DNA of 28,378 bases, from NCBI GenBank assembly GCA_041496385.1, contig JBGQEL010000050.1, positions 1 to 28,378 of the forward strand. Reading direction: 5' to 3'. Below, piece after piece: positions 9,833-17,478 of the stretch; positions within the stretch are counted from its first letter, which is position 1; every line of letters starts with the position of its first letter. This DNA comes from Candidatus Methylomirabilia bacterium (GTDB lineage: Bacteria > Methylomirabilota > Methylomirabilia > Rokubacteriales > CSP1-6). A program made the translations under genes and the position numbers. The notes under the pieces were generated by a model that ran no database searches, had not been told where the DNA came from, and saw only the letters and a list, made by a program, of their open reading frames with translations.

Positions 9833-9900
9833 TCAGGGATTCACCCCGGCGCCGATGCGGCACTCGCCCGATGGCCTGGACACAAGAAGCAGCAGAGTGT
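9833..9900 (+). promoter_or_regulatory. Tandem-palindrome promoter P3 (receiver / sigma-54 activator operon)
   Basis: TCAGG-GATTCA-CCCCG (9833), TGCGG-CACTCG-CCCGA (9856), TGGCCT, N17, GAGTGT (9895-9900). Confidence 0.65.
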
Positions 9901-9966
9901 TGGGCGGAGCGGCCCTGTGGCGCCGGAACGTGAAGCGCACGCACGCGACCGAAAGGAGGACGGAGA

Positions 9967-10341
9967 ATGGCCATCGTCGCCATCCACGCCAAGAGACGGC
10001 GGCAGTCGACCGACATCCTGATCGCCGAAGACGACGAGACGCTCGGGGTCATGCTCGCTCAATATCTGAGCAGGTTCACGCCGAGCGTCCGGGTGACCGC
10101 CAGCCCCACCGAGGCCCGGGCATGGCTGGAGGCGAACGCGGGACCTCTCGTGCTCGACGGGTCGGTCTACGCGCAGATGGGTATCCCGCTCTCGGACCTG
10201 CCCGCGCACGCCATGATCTGGTCCGGGGATCGTGAGCTCGTCGAGCGGGCGCGCGGCTGCGGCCTCGCGGCCTTCGTGAAGGGCAGCGTGGACGAGCTGG
10301 TGGCGATGCTGCACGAGGTCTGCCCCGTAGACGAGGATTGA
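9967..10341 (+). CDS. Stand-alone, divergent receiver (REC) domain protein
   Basis: Strong RBS AAAGGAGG. ILIAEDD acidic pocket, LVLDG candidate phospho-Asp, MIWSG, AAFVKG conserved Lys. Confidence 0.7.
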   Translation: MAIVAIHAKRRRQSTDILIAEDDETLGVMLAQYLSRFTPSVRVTASPTEARAWLEANAGPLVLDGSVYAQMGIPLSDLPAHAMIWSGDRELVERARGCGLAAFVKGSVDELVAMLHEVCPVDED

Positions 10342-10344
10342 TCG

Positions 10345-11343
10345 ATGGCGATGGGGGCCTTCTCCAACGTCATCGGCGAGTCCTCGCAGATGCGTGAGAT
10401 TGGCGCGCGCATCGCGAAGCTCGCGCCCTCGGACGTGCGGGTCCTGATCCAGGGGGAAAACGGCACCGGAAAAGAGCTGGTCGCTCGCGCGCTCCACGCC
10501 TCCGGTCTCCGGCGCGACCAGCCGTTCGTCACGCTGGATTGCTCCACGATCGCCGAGGGCCTGATCGAAAGCCAGCTCTTCGGTCACGTTCGCGGGGCGT
10601 TCACCGGCGCGGTCTCGACACGCGAAGGCGTGATCGCCCGGGCCCACCGCGGCACGCTGTTCATCGACGAGATCACCGAGCTTCGCCTCCACCTGCAGTC
10701 CCGGCTTCTCCGGGTGATCCAGACCGGCGAATTCACGATGGTCGGGCGGAGCCGCCCGGAGCGCGTCGACATCCGCATCATCACGGCGACGAACCGGGAT
10801 CTGCCGCAGGCGGTGACGCGCGGCGAATTCCGCGAGGACCTCTTCTTTCGGATCGCGGTGGCGCGCATCGACTTGCCGCCCCTGCGAGATCGCCGGGAGG
10901 ACGTACCGCTGCTCGTGGCCCATTTCCTTGAGCGGCTCGCCCTCAGGTATCCCCACAGGCGGATCCACGGCGTTACCACGCGGGCGATGCGGGCGCTCGT
11001 CGAGTGCCCATGGCCGGGCAACGTACGGCAGCTCGAGCATTGCCTCGAGAGCGCCGTCGTGCAGGCCGAGTGCGGCCTGCTCGATCTCGAGCATTTTCCG
11101 GCGCAAGTCCAGGAGTCACCCTGGGCGCCCCGCGTTTCGCTGCGACCCGATCTCACGCTGGCCGAGCTCGAGCGGCAATACCTCCTGGAGACGCTGGCGC
11201 GGGTCGAAGGCAACCGGACCAAGGCGGCGAAGCTCCTGGGAATCAGCCCGAGGGGTCTTCACTACAAGTTGCGAAGCTACGCGACGCACGGGACTCCGCT
11301 CAGATCTCTCGTCCCGGAAGGCGCCGGCGAGTCCAGGGCGTAG
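10345..11343 (+). CDS. Sigma-54-dependent Fis-family transcriptional activator (AAA+ and HTH, no N-terminal regulatory domain)
   Basis: Walker A GENGTGKE, ESQLFGHVRGAFTGA, Walker B LFIDEI, FREDLFFRI, WPGNVRQL, HTH GNRTKAAKLLGISPRGLHYKL. Confidence 0.93.
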   Translation: MAMGAFSNVIGESSQMREIGARIAKLAPSDVRVLIQGENGTGKELVARALHASGLRRDQPFVTLDCSTIAEGLIESQLFGHVRGAFTGAVSTREGVIARAHRGTLFIDEITELRLHLQSRLLRVIQTGEFTMVGRSRPERVDIRIITATNRDLPQAVTRGEFREDLFFRIAVARIDLPPLRDRREDVPLLVAHFLERLALRYPHRRIHGVTTRAMRALVECPWPGNVRQLEHCLESAVVQAECGLLDLEHFPAQVQESPWAPRVSLRPDLTLAELERQYLLETLARVEGNRTKAAKLLGISPRGLHYKLRSYATHGTPLRSLVPEGAGESRA

Positions 11344-11357
11344 GAGCGCGGTGAGGT

Positions 11358-11882
11358 GTGGCGGTGACACGGCGGCTTTCGCTGGCGTTGTCTGTGGTGC
11401 TGGCGGTCGCGTCCGTCGGGCGGGCCGGCGGTGCGGACGAGCGCGCGGGCGAGACGACACGAGGCCCCGATCACCGCCGTCAGGTCGTGCTCTTGGGGCG
11501 GAACCGGCTCGTGGGGTGCGAGAGCGTTCTCACCTACAAGGGGATGTCCATCGTCACCGTGCGATTCGACCCGCTGCGTGTGGAGCTCATCACGACCGGG
11601 AAGCCGCCGTCGCTGCGTGCCGTCCGCGTTGATCGGGAAGGCGAGCGCCCCGGTAGCCGCGTGCGAACCGTGGCCACGCCGCGATCTTTCGCGATCCTGT
11701 GGGGCGAGCGTCCCCTGGCCGTGGCGACGTTGCTGGACGCCGAGACCGCGCTCCTCAAGATGGACCTGCGGCCGCTGGGGCTCCCCGTCTACGACGACGA
11801 CGATGGACTCCACATCGGCAAGCAGGTCTTCGCCGGCAACGTGGTGAACCACCCCGCCGCCGCGATCAACCTCCAAGACTGA
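11358..11882 (+). CDS. Hypothetical secreted protein
   Basis: GTG start after AGGAG/GAGGT. Signal-peptide-like RRLSLALSVVLAVASVG. Fills the gap between the activator and the rsbR promoter. No family recognised. Confidence 0.6.
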   Translation: MAVTRRLSLALSVVLAVASVGRAGGADERAGETTRGPDHRRQVVLLGRNRLVGCESVLTYKGMSIVTVRFDPLRVELITTGKPPSLRAVRVDREGERPGSRVRTVATPRSFAILWGERPLAVATLLDAETALLKMDLRPLGLPVYDDDDGLHIGKQVFAGNVVNHPAAAINLQD

Positions 11883-11887
11883 GGCCC

Positions 11888-11955
11888 CCCGGGATTTCCC
11901 TCTCACCGGATCCGGTAAACACCTGATTCGTCGGGCGCCGCCCGTGAGCTAGAGT
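11888..11955 (+). promoter_or_regulatory. Tandem-palindrome promoter P4 (rsbRSTX-kinase-regulator operon)
   Basis: CCCGG-GATTTC-CCTCT (11888), TCCGG-TAAACA-CCTGA (11911), TTCGTC, N17, TAGAGT (11950-11955); RBS GGGAGG before rsbR. Confidence 0.72.
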
Positions 11956-11986
11956 TCCCACCGATTCATCTCACGGGAGGTGCGCG

Positions 11987-12892
11987 ATGAGCAGTGTCCG
12001 GAACATGGCAAGTACGGCGACGGCGGAGCCGCGGCTGGAGTCGACGGCCTCGCGCGTGCGCGAGCTGGTGGCGCACCTGCGCCAGCAGCGCGCCCAGCTG
12101 CGCGAGGAGTGGGCCCGCCTGATCACGGAGGCCAAGCTGCTGACCGCGATGACGAAGGAAGAGATCTTCGCGGAAGCGACGTCCGTCTACGACAACTACG
12201 TCGAGGCCCTCGAGACCGGGACCTACGAGGCCCTCCAGACCTACGCGCGGAACCTCTCCGAGCGCATCATCCCGCGGGGCGTCGAGACGCACGAGGTCGT
12301 CGGGATCGTGCTCCTGCTCCGCGACGTGCTCGCGCGCTCGCTGTTCGCGAAGTACCACGAGGACTTCACCGAGCTGAACCGGATCCTGGACGCGTACGAG
12401 CCCGCGGCCAACCGGATCGCGAACACGGTGGCGGTCGGCTTCGTCCAGGAGCGCGAGCGCATCATCCGCGAGCAGCAGGAGGCCATCCGTGAGCTGTCGA
12501 CCCCGGTGCTGCAGGTCCGGGAGCGCCTCCTCATCCTCCCGATCATCGGCGTCATCGACCCGCAGCGCGCCCGCCAGCTGACCGAGCAGCTCCTCCGCGG
12601 GATCCGGACGAACCGCGCCAAGGTCGTCGTGCTCGACATCACGGGCGTGCCGTACATCGACTCGCCCGTGGCGAACCACCTGGTGCAAACCGTCGAGGCC
12701 GCGCGGCTCCTCGGCGCGATCGTGATCGTGACGGGCCTCTCGCCCGAGATCGCCCAGACCCTGGTCAACATCGGCGTGGACCTGGGGAAGATGAACACGG
12801 TCGGCGATCTCCAGGGCGGCATTGAGGAGGCCGAGCGCCTGCTGGGCTACAAGGTCATCCCCACCCGCGAGCCGGCGACCGAGCCGGCGTAG
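11987..12892 (+). CDS. rsbR: Stressosome RsbR protein (helical N-terminal sensor and STAS domain)
   Basis: QQEAIRELSTPVLQV...LPIIGVID...VVVLDITGVPYIDS...GLSPEIAQTLVNIGVDL; first of four overlapping or adjacent rsb genes. Confidence 0.92.
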   Translation: MSSVRNMASTATAEPRLESTASRVRELVAHLRQQRAQLREEWARLITEAKLLTAMTKEEIFAEATSVYDNYVEALETGTYEALQTYARNLSERIIPRGVETHEVVGIVLLLRDVLARSLFAKYHEDFTELNRILDAYEPAANRIANTVAVGFVQERERIIREQQEAIRELSTPVLQVRERLLILPIIGVIDPQRARQLTEQLLRGIRTNRAKVVVLDITGVPYIDSPVANHLVQTVEAARLLGAIVIVTGLSPEIAQTLVNIGVDLGKMNTVGDLQGGIEEAERLLGYKVIPTREPATEPA

Positions 12893-12905
12893 GCGGGAAT
12901 CGTCG

Positions 12906-13292
12906 ATGCAGGTCCCGATCCTCAAGCAGGGACCGTATCTGATCGCCATGGTCCAGTCCGCGCTCACCGACGAGGACCTGAAGCAGCTGCGCGACACGCT
13001 GGTGGACCAGATCAGCCACGTCCGGGCCCGCGGCGTGATCGTGGACGTCACGGCACTCGACGTGATCGATTCGTTCGCGACCCGCACGTTGCGGGATATC
13101 GCCCATATGATCAGACTGCGCGGCGCGGAGACCGTCATCGTCGGCATACAGCCGGAGGTCGCGTTTTCGATGGTGAAGCTGGGGCTGACGCTGGAGGGTG
13201 TGGCGACCTCGCTGGACCTCGAGGAAGGCCTCGCGTACCTCGATCGTAGCCTCAGGGGGACGGTTGCGGATGGAAGGCGCGCTCATCGCTGA
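12906..13292 (+). CDS. rsbS: Stressosome RsbS (STAS anti-anti-sigma-type protein)
   Basis: MQVPILKQG..., GVIVDVTALDVIDSF (phospho-Ser motif), IVGIQPEVAFSMVKLGL, SLDLEEGLAYL. Confidence 0.93.
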   Translation: MQVPILKQGPYLIAMVQSALTDEDLKQLRDTLVDQISHVRARGVIVDVTALDVIDSFATRTLRDIAHMIRLRGAETVIVGIQPEVAFSMVKLGLTLEGVATSLDLEEGLAYLDRSLRGTVADGRRAHR

Positions 13293-13689
13293 TGAGGTGC
13301 GGGTACCCATTGATTCAGACGTGGATATCGTCACCGCCCGTCAGAAGGGGCGCGAGATGGCCGGGCACTGCGGCTTTCCCTCGACGGAGCTGGCCGTCAT
13401 CGCCACGGCCATCTCGGAGCTGGCGCGGAACATCGTCCGCTACGCGATCCGCGGCGAGATCGTCGTGCGGCAGATCGGCAAAGACAACGGCAAGCCGGGT
13501 ATCGAGGTCATCGCCTCCGACGACGGTCCGGGGATCCCCGATCTCACGCTGGCGCTGCAGGACGGGTACTCGACCTCGGGCAGCCTCGGCCTGGGGCTGC
13601 CGGGGGTGCGGCGACTCATGGACGAATTCGACATCGCCTCCGAGTTCGGCAGGGGAACGATCGTGACGGTCCGCAAATGGAAGCGGTGA
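13270..13689 (+). CDS. rsbT: Stressosome serine/threonine kinase RsbT
   Basis: DIVTARQKGR, IATAISELARNIVRYA, DDGPGIPD, DGYSTSGSLGLGLPGVRRLMDEF, GTIVTVRKW. Confidence 0.95.
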   Translation: MEGALIADEVRVPIDSDVDIVTARQKGREMAGHCGFPSTELAVIATAISELARNIVRYAIRGEIVVRQIGKDNGKPGIEVIASDDGPGIPDLTLALQDGYSTSGSLGLGLPGVRRLMDEFDIASEFGRGTIVTVRKWKR

Positions 13690-14297
13690 CGGCGAGGCTG
13701 ATCGACTGGGCGGTGGTCGGGTCGATTCTGCCTGGCCAGACGGAATCCGGTGATCACCACTTGGTCCGGGCGAGCCCGGACGGGGCCCTCGTGGCCGTCG
13801 TCGACGGGCTCGGTCACGGCGTCGAGGCCGCCGAGGCGGCCCGCGCCGCCGTCAGGGCGGTGGAGCGCTACCGGGCGCAGCCGATGATCACGCTCATCAA
13901 GAACTGTCACGCCGCCCTGTACGCCACGCGAGGCGTGGTCATGAGCGTCGCCTCGTTCAACGCACGGGACGAGACGCTGACCTGGATCGGCGTCGGCAAC
14001 GTCGAGGGCCTGCTGCTGCGAGCCCAGGGGACGACGACTCCCCGACGCGAGTCGCTCCTCCTGCGGGGCGGGGTCGTCGGCGGGCGCCTGCCGGCGCTCT
14101 CCGCCGCGATCGTCCCCGTCATGCGCGGGGACACCCTGATCTTCGCGACCGACGGCGTCCGGAACGATTTCGCGCTCGCGCCGCTCGCTTCGGCCGAGGC
14201 GCCCCAGCGACTCGCCGACCACATCCTCGCCGACTGGGCCCGGGGCAACGACGATGCGCTCGTTCTCGTCGGCCGCTGGCTGGGAACCGCGGCATGA
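13677..14297 (+). CDS. rsbX: PP2C/SpoIIE-type phosphatase RsbX
   Basis: ESGD, VVDGLGHGVEAA, TRGVVMS, GVGNVEG, FATDGV, DDALVL; directly follows rsbT. Confidence 0.88.
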   Translation: MEAVTARLIDWAVVGSILPGQTESGDHHLVRASPDGALVAVVDGLGHGVEAAEAARAAVRAVERYRAQPMITLIKNCHAALYATRGVVMSVASFNARDETLTWIGVGNVEGLLLRAQGTTTPRRESLLLRGGVVGGRLPALSAAIVPVMRGDTLIFATDGVRNDFALAPLASAEAPQRLADHILADWARGNDDALVLVGRWLGTAA

Positions 14298-15628
14298 ACG
14301 CGGACCTGCGCGATCTGGCGGCGGAGTACGCCGGCGCGCTGCAGGGCTACCTCGCCGGACGCGGAGAGGCGTCGCTCCAGCAGGCCTATGAGCTCGGGCG
14401 CAAGGCGCTGGGCAAGGGGTTGGGCGTGCTGGACATGGCGACGATCCAGCATTGGGGCCTGGTACGCGCCCTGGCGAAAAACCGCACGGTCAAGGAAGGG
14501 TCACGGACGCTCCGCGCGGGCCAGAAGCTCTGCGTGGAAAGCCTGCTGCCCTTCGAGATGTCCCAGCGCCGGATCCAGGACGTCAACACGGCGCTGCGCG
14601 CGTCCGAGCAGCGCTACCGCGATCTCGTCGACACCGCGCGGGACGTGATCTACACCCTCTCACTCGAGGGCCACATGCGATCCCTGAATCCGGCCTTCGA
14701 GTCGATCACGGGCTGGTCACGCAGCGAATGGCTCGGCAAACCGTTCGCGCCGCTCGTGCATCCGGACGATCTCCATCGCGCGGTCGCGATGTTTCAGGCG
14801 GTGCTCGCGGGCGGGACCCCAACGATATTCGAGCTGCGGATCCTGACGAGGTCGGGCGGTCACGTCCCGGGCGAGTTCGTGACGACGCCGCTGATGCACG
14901 AGGGCCGGATCGTCGGCGCCTTCGGCATCGCGCGCGACATCAGCGACCGGAAGCGGGCCGAGGGGGCGCTGCGGCACCTCAACGCTGCGCTCGAGGACGA
15001 GGTCAAGCGGATTGCCCATGCGCTCCACGACGAGGCCGGCCAGCTCCTGGCGTCCGTGCACATCGTGCTGGCCGACATCGCGCGCGAGCTGCCCCCCAGC
15101 GCTTCGCAACGGCTCGAAGAGGTGCGCGGGCTCCTCAACAAGATCGAGGAACAGCTCCGGCACCTCTCCCACGAGCTTCGCCCGACGATCCTCGACGACC
15201 TCGGCCTCCTCCCGGCGCTCGAGTTCCTGGCCGACGGAGTCTCCAAGCGCACCGGCCTCCGGATCGCGGTCGAGGGAACGCCCGGCACGAGACTCCCGGC
15301 GGCGACCGAGACCGCGCTCTACCGCATCGTCCAGGAGGCGTTGACGAACGTGACGAAGCACGCCGGGGCGGCGCGTGCCGAGATCAGGTTCGCGCGCGCG
15401 GGCCGCGTTCTGCGCTGTACGATACGTGACGACGGCGTGGGGTTTGGCGTGCCCCCGGCGAGGCCGGGGCGGGGGCCCGGGGGTCTGGGGCTCCTCGGAA
15501 TCGAGGAGCGCCTGAACGTCGTCGGGGGCACCCTGAACGTCGTCTCGACGCCCGGGCAGGGCGCCGAGCTCCTGATCACCGTACCGCTGGAGGCGACTGG
15601 TGCCGACTCGAATTCTGCTCGCCGATGA
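14294..15628 (+). CDS. Cytoplasmic histidine kinase: RsbU_N-like domain, PAS, HisKA_3, HATPase
   Basis: N-terminal EYAGALQGYLAGRGEASLQQAYELGRKALGKGL resembles the RsbU N-terminal domain. PAS (LNPAFESITGW...VHPDD...RDISDRK), H-box IAHALHDEAGQ, LYRIVQEALTNVTKHA, DDGVGF, GLGLLGIEER. ATGA overlap with rsbX. Confidence 0.9.
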   Translation: MNADLRDLAAEYAGALQGYLAGRGEASLQQAYELGRKALGKGLGVLDMATIQHWGLVRALAKNRTVKEGSRTLRAGQKLCVESLLPFEMSQRRIQDVNTALRASEQRYRDLVDTARDVIYTLSLEGHMRSLNPAFESITGWSRSEWLGKPFAPLVHPDDLHRAVAMFQAVLAGGTPTIFELRILTRSGGHVPGEFVTTPLMHEGRIVGAFGIARDISDRKRAEGALRHLNAALEDEVKRIAHALHDEAGQLLASVHIVLADIARELPPSASQRLEEVRGLLNKIEEQLRHLSHELRPTILDDLGLLPALEFLADGVSKRTGLRIAVEGTPGTRLPAATETALYRIVQEALTNVTKHAGAARAEIRFARAGRVLRCTIRDDGVGFGVPPARPGRGPGGLGLLGIEERLNVVGGTLNVVSTPGQGAELLITVPLEATGADSNSARR

Positions 15629-16232
15629 CCACCTGATCGTCCGGCAGGGCCTCCGGGCCCTCCTCGAGGGGGAGGGCTTCGAGATCCTCGCGGAGGTCGG
15701 CGACGGTCGGGAGGCCGCGAAGGTCGCGCGGCAACGATGCCCCGACGTGGCGGTCATGGACTTCGCGATGCCGGCCCTGAACGGGCTCGACGCGTCCCGG
15801 GAGATCCTGCGCGCCTGTCCGCGGGCGAAGGTGATTCTCCTCACCATGCACACCGAGGACCACTACGTGCTCGAGGCCCTCCGCGCGGGCGCCAAGGGCT
15901 ACGTCGTCAAGACCCAGGCGGCGGCCGATCTGGTCCGGGCGATCCACGAGGTGCAGCGCGGCATGATGTACCTGAGCCCCGGGATCTCGCAGACCATCGT
16001 CCAGGCCTTTCTCACGAAGTCGGACGTGCCGGTGGATCCGCTGACGCCGCGGGAGCGCGAGGTCCTTCAGCTCGTCGCCGAGGGCAAGACGACGAAGGAG
16101 GTCGCCGGCCTCCTCGGGATCAGCTTCAAGACCGCCGAGTCCCACCGGATGCGCGTCATGCGCAAGCTGGACATCCACGAGACCGCCAGCCTCGTCCGCT
16201 ATGCGGTCCGCCGCGGCCTCATCCAGCCGTAA
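15600..16232 (+). CDS. NarL/LuxR-family response regulator
   Basis: ILLADDHLIVRQGL, PDVAVMDFAMP, GAKGYVVK, LTPREREVLQLVAEGKTTKEVAGLLGISFKTAESHR; GGAGG RBS; overlaps kinase 3' end. Confidence 0.95.
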   Translation: MPTRILLADDHLIVRQGLRALLEGEGFEILAEVGDGREAAKVARQRCPDVAVMDFAMPALNGLDASREILRACPRAKVILLTMHTEDHYVLEALRAGAKGYVVKTQAAADLVRAIHEVQRGMMYLSPGISQTIVQAFLTKSDVPVDPLTPREREVLQLVAEGKTTKEVAGLLGISFKTAESHRMRVMRKLDIHETASLVRYAVRRGLIQP

Positions 16233-16252
16233 GCGGTCGCCCGCCCCTCGCG

Positions 16253-16320
16253 TCAGGGACTTTCCACCGCCGCTCTCCGGTACGCGCCCGATTCTCCCGG
16301 GCGCCCGCGCCGCGTAGCCT
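16253..16320 (+). promoter_or_regulatory. Tandem-palindrome promoter P5 (yvcK-like gene)
   Basis: TCAGG-GACTTT-CCACC (16253), TCCGG-TACGCG-CCCGA (16276), TTCTCC, N17, TAGCCT (16315-16320). Confidence 0.72.
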
Positions 16321-16329
16321 CCACCCGTC

Positions 16330-17418
16330 ATGATGACTCGAACGCTCTTGGCCAAGGACCACGCACCCTCCACGAGGTTCAAAATGAACGAACAGCTGGT
16401 GATGCAGCTCAGACAGCTGCCGACGGCCGAGCGCCGGATCTCACGCGTCGTGGCGCTCGGCGGCGGGACCGGGTTGCCGGTCGTGCTGCAGGCGTTGCGC
16501 CGTCACCTCCCGGAGGACTGCCGGATCACCGCGGTGGTGACCGCGACGGACGACGGCGGGAGCTCGGGCGTCCTGCGCAGGCAGTACGGGGTCCTGCCGC
16601 CCGGCGACGTTCGGAACTGCCTCACGGCGCTGGCCCGGGTGGCGCCGGAGGTGTCGGCCGCGTTCCAGTACCGCTTCGACGGCGGCGGCGCGGAGCACGC
16701 GGTCGGGAATCTCTTGCTGGCGGCCCTCGGCATGGTCGCCGCGGACGACGTGGCGGCGATTCGCTTCGCCGCCGCGCTCCTCGGCGTAGATGACACGATC
16801 CTTCCCTCGACGACGAGCCACGCCCACCTGGTCGCCGACCTCGCCGACGGCCGCTCGATCCAGGGCGAGTCGCAGGTTCGACACGGCGGCGCGCCCATCC
16901 GACGCCTCCGCATCGATCCTCCGGACGCGGCGCCGGCGCCCGGTGTGCTGGAGGCCCTGCGCGACGCCGACGCGATCGTCCTCGGGCCGGGCAGCTTCTA
17001 CACGAGTGTCGTCGCGGTGCTGGTCGTCCCGGGAATCGCCGAGGCGGTCGCGTGCTCCGGCGCCACGCGGATCTTCGTGTGCAACGCCATGACCGAGCCG
17101 GGCGAGACCGATGGGTACGGCGTGCTCGAGCATCTGCGCGCGCTGGCGGCGCACGGGGTGCCGCTGCGCGCGCTCGACGCCGTCGTCGTGAACGCGAGCC
17201 GGCTCCCGGCCAGGGTCCGCGAGCGATACCTGGTCGAGCGCACGTGCCCCGTGGACGCGGACTTCGCGCCGCCGGCCGGCGGGCCGCGGATCGTGCGCGC
17301 CGACGTCCTCGAGCCCGGGCCCGTGGTGCGCCACGACCCCGACAGGCTCGGCCCGATTCTGCGAGACCTGGCCCTCGAGTCGGGGCGCGCGCAGCCCGCC
17401 AGGCTCGCCGGCGGTTGA
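16330..17418 (+). CDS. yvcK: YvcK/GlmR (UPF0052, CofD-like) UDP-GlcNAc-binding protein
   Basis: VVALGGGTGL, TATDDGGSSG, LPPGDVRNCL, HAVGNLLL, IVLGPGSFYTS, NAMTEPGET, VRHDP. Start uncertain (16330 or 16384). Confidence 0.88.
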   Translation: MMTRTLLAKDHAPSTRFKMNEQLVMQLRQLPTAERRISRVVALGGGTGLPVVLQALRRHLPEDCRITAVVTATDDGGSSGVLRRQYGVLPPGDVRNCLTALARVAPEVSAAFQYRFDGGGAEHAVGNLLLAALGMVAADDVAAIRFAAALLGVDDTILPSTTSHAHLVADLADGRSIQGESQVRHGGAPIRRLRIDPPDAAPAPGVLEALRDADAIVLGPGSFYTSVVAVLVVPGIAEAVACSGATRIFVCNAMTEPGETDGYGVLEHLRALAAHGVPLRALDAVVVNASRLPARVRERYLVERTCPVDADFAPPAGGPRIVRADVLEPGPVVRHDPDRLGPILRDLALESGRAQPARLAGG

Positions 17419-17429
17419 CCACGGCCCAT

Positions 17430-17470
17430 TTGACCTCGGCCCGGGACTTGACTATTTTCGGGTCGAGGTC
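17430..17470 (+). promoter_or_regulatory. Sigma-70-like promoter overlapped by an inverted repeat (CHASE kinase)
   Basis: TTGACC (17430-35), N17, TATTTT (17453-58). Inverted repeat GACCTCGGCCCG (17432-43) / CGGGTCGAGGTC (17459-70). Confidence 0.5.
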
Positions 17471-17478
17471 GCACAGCG

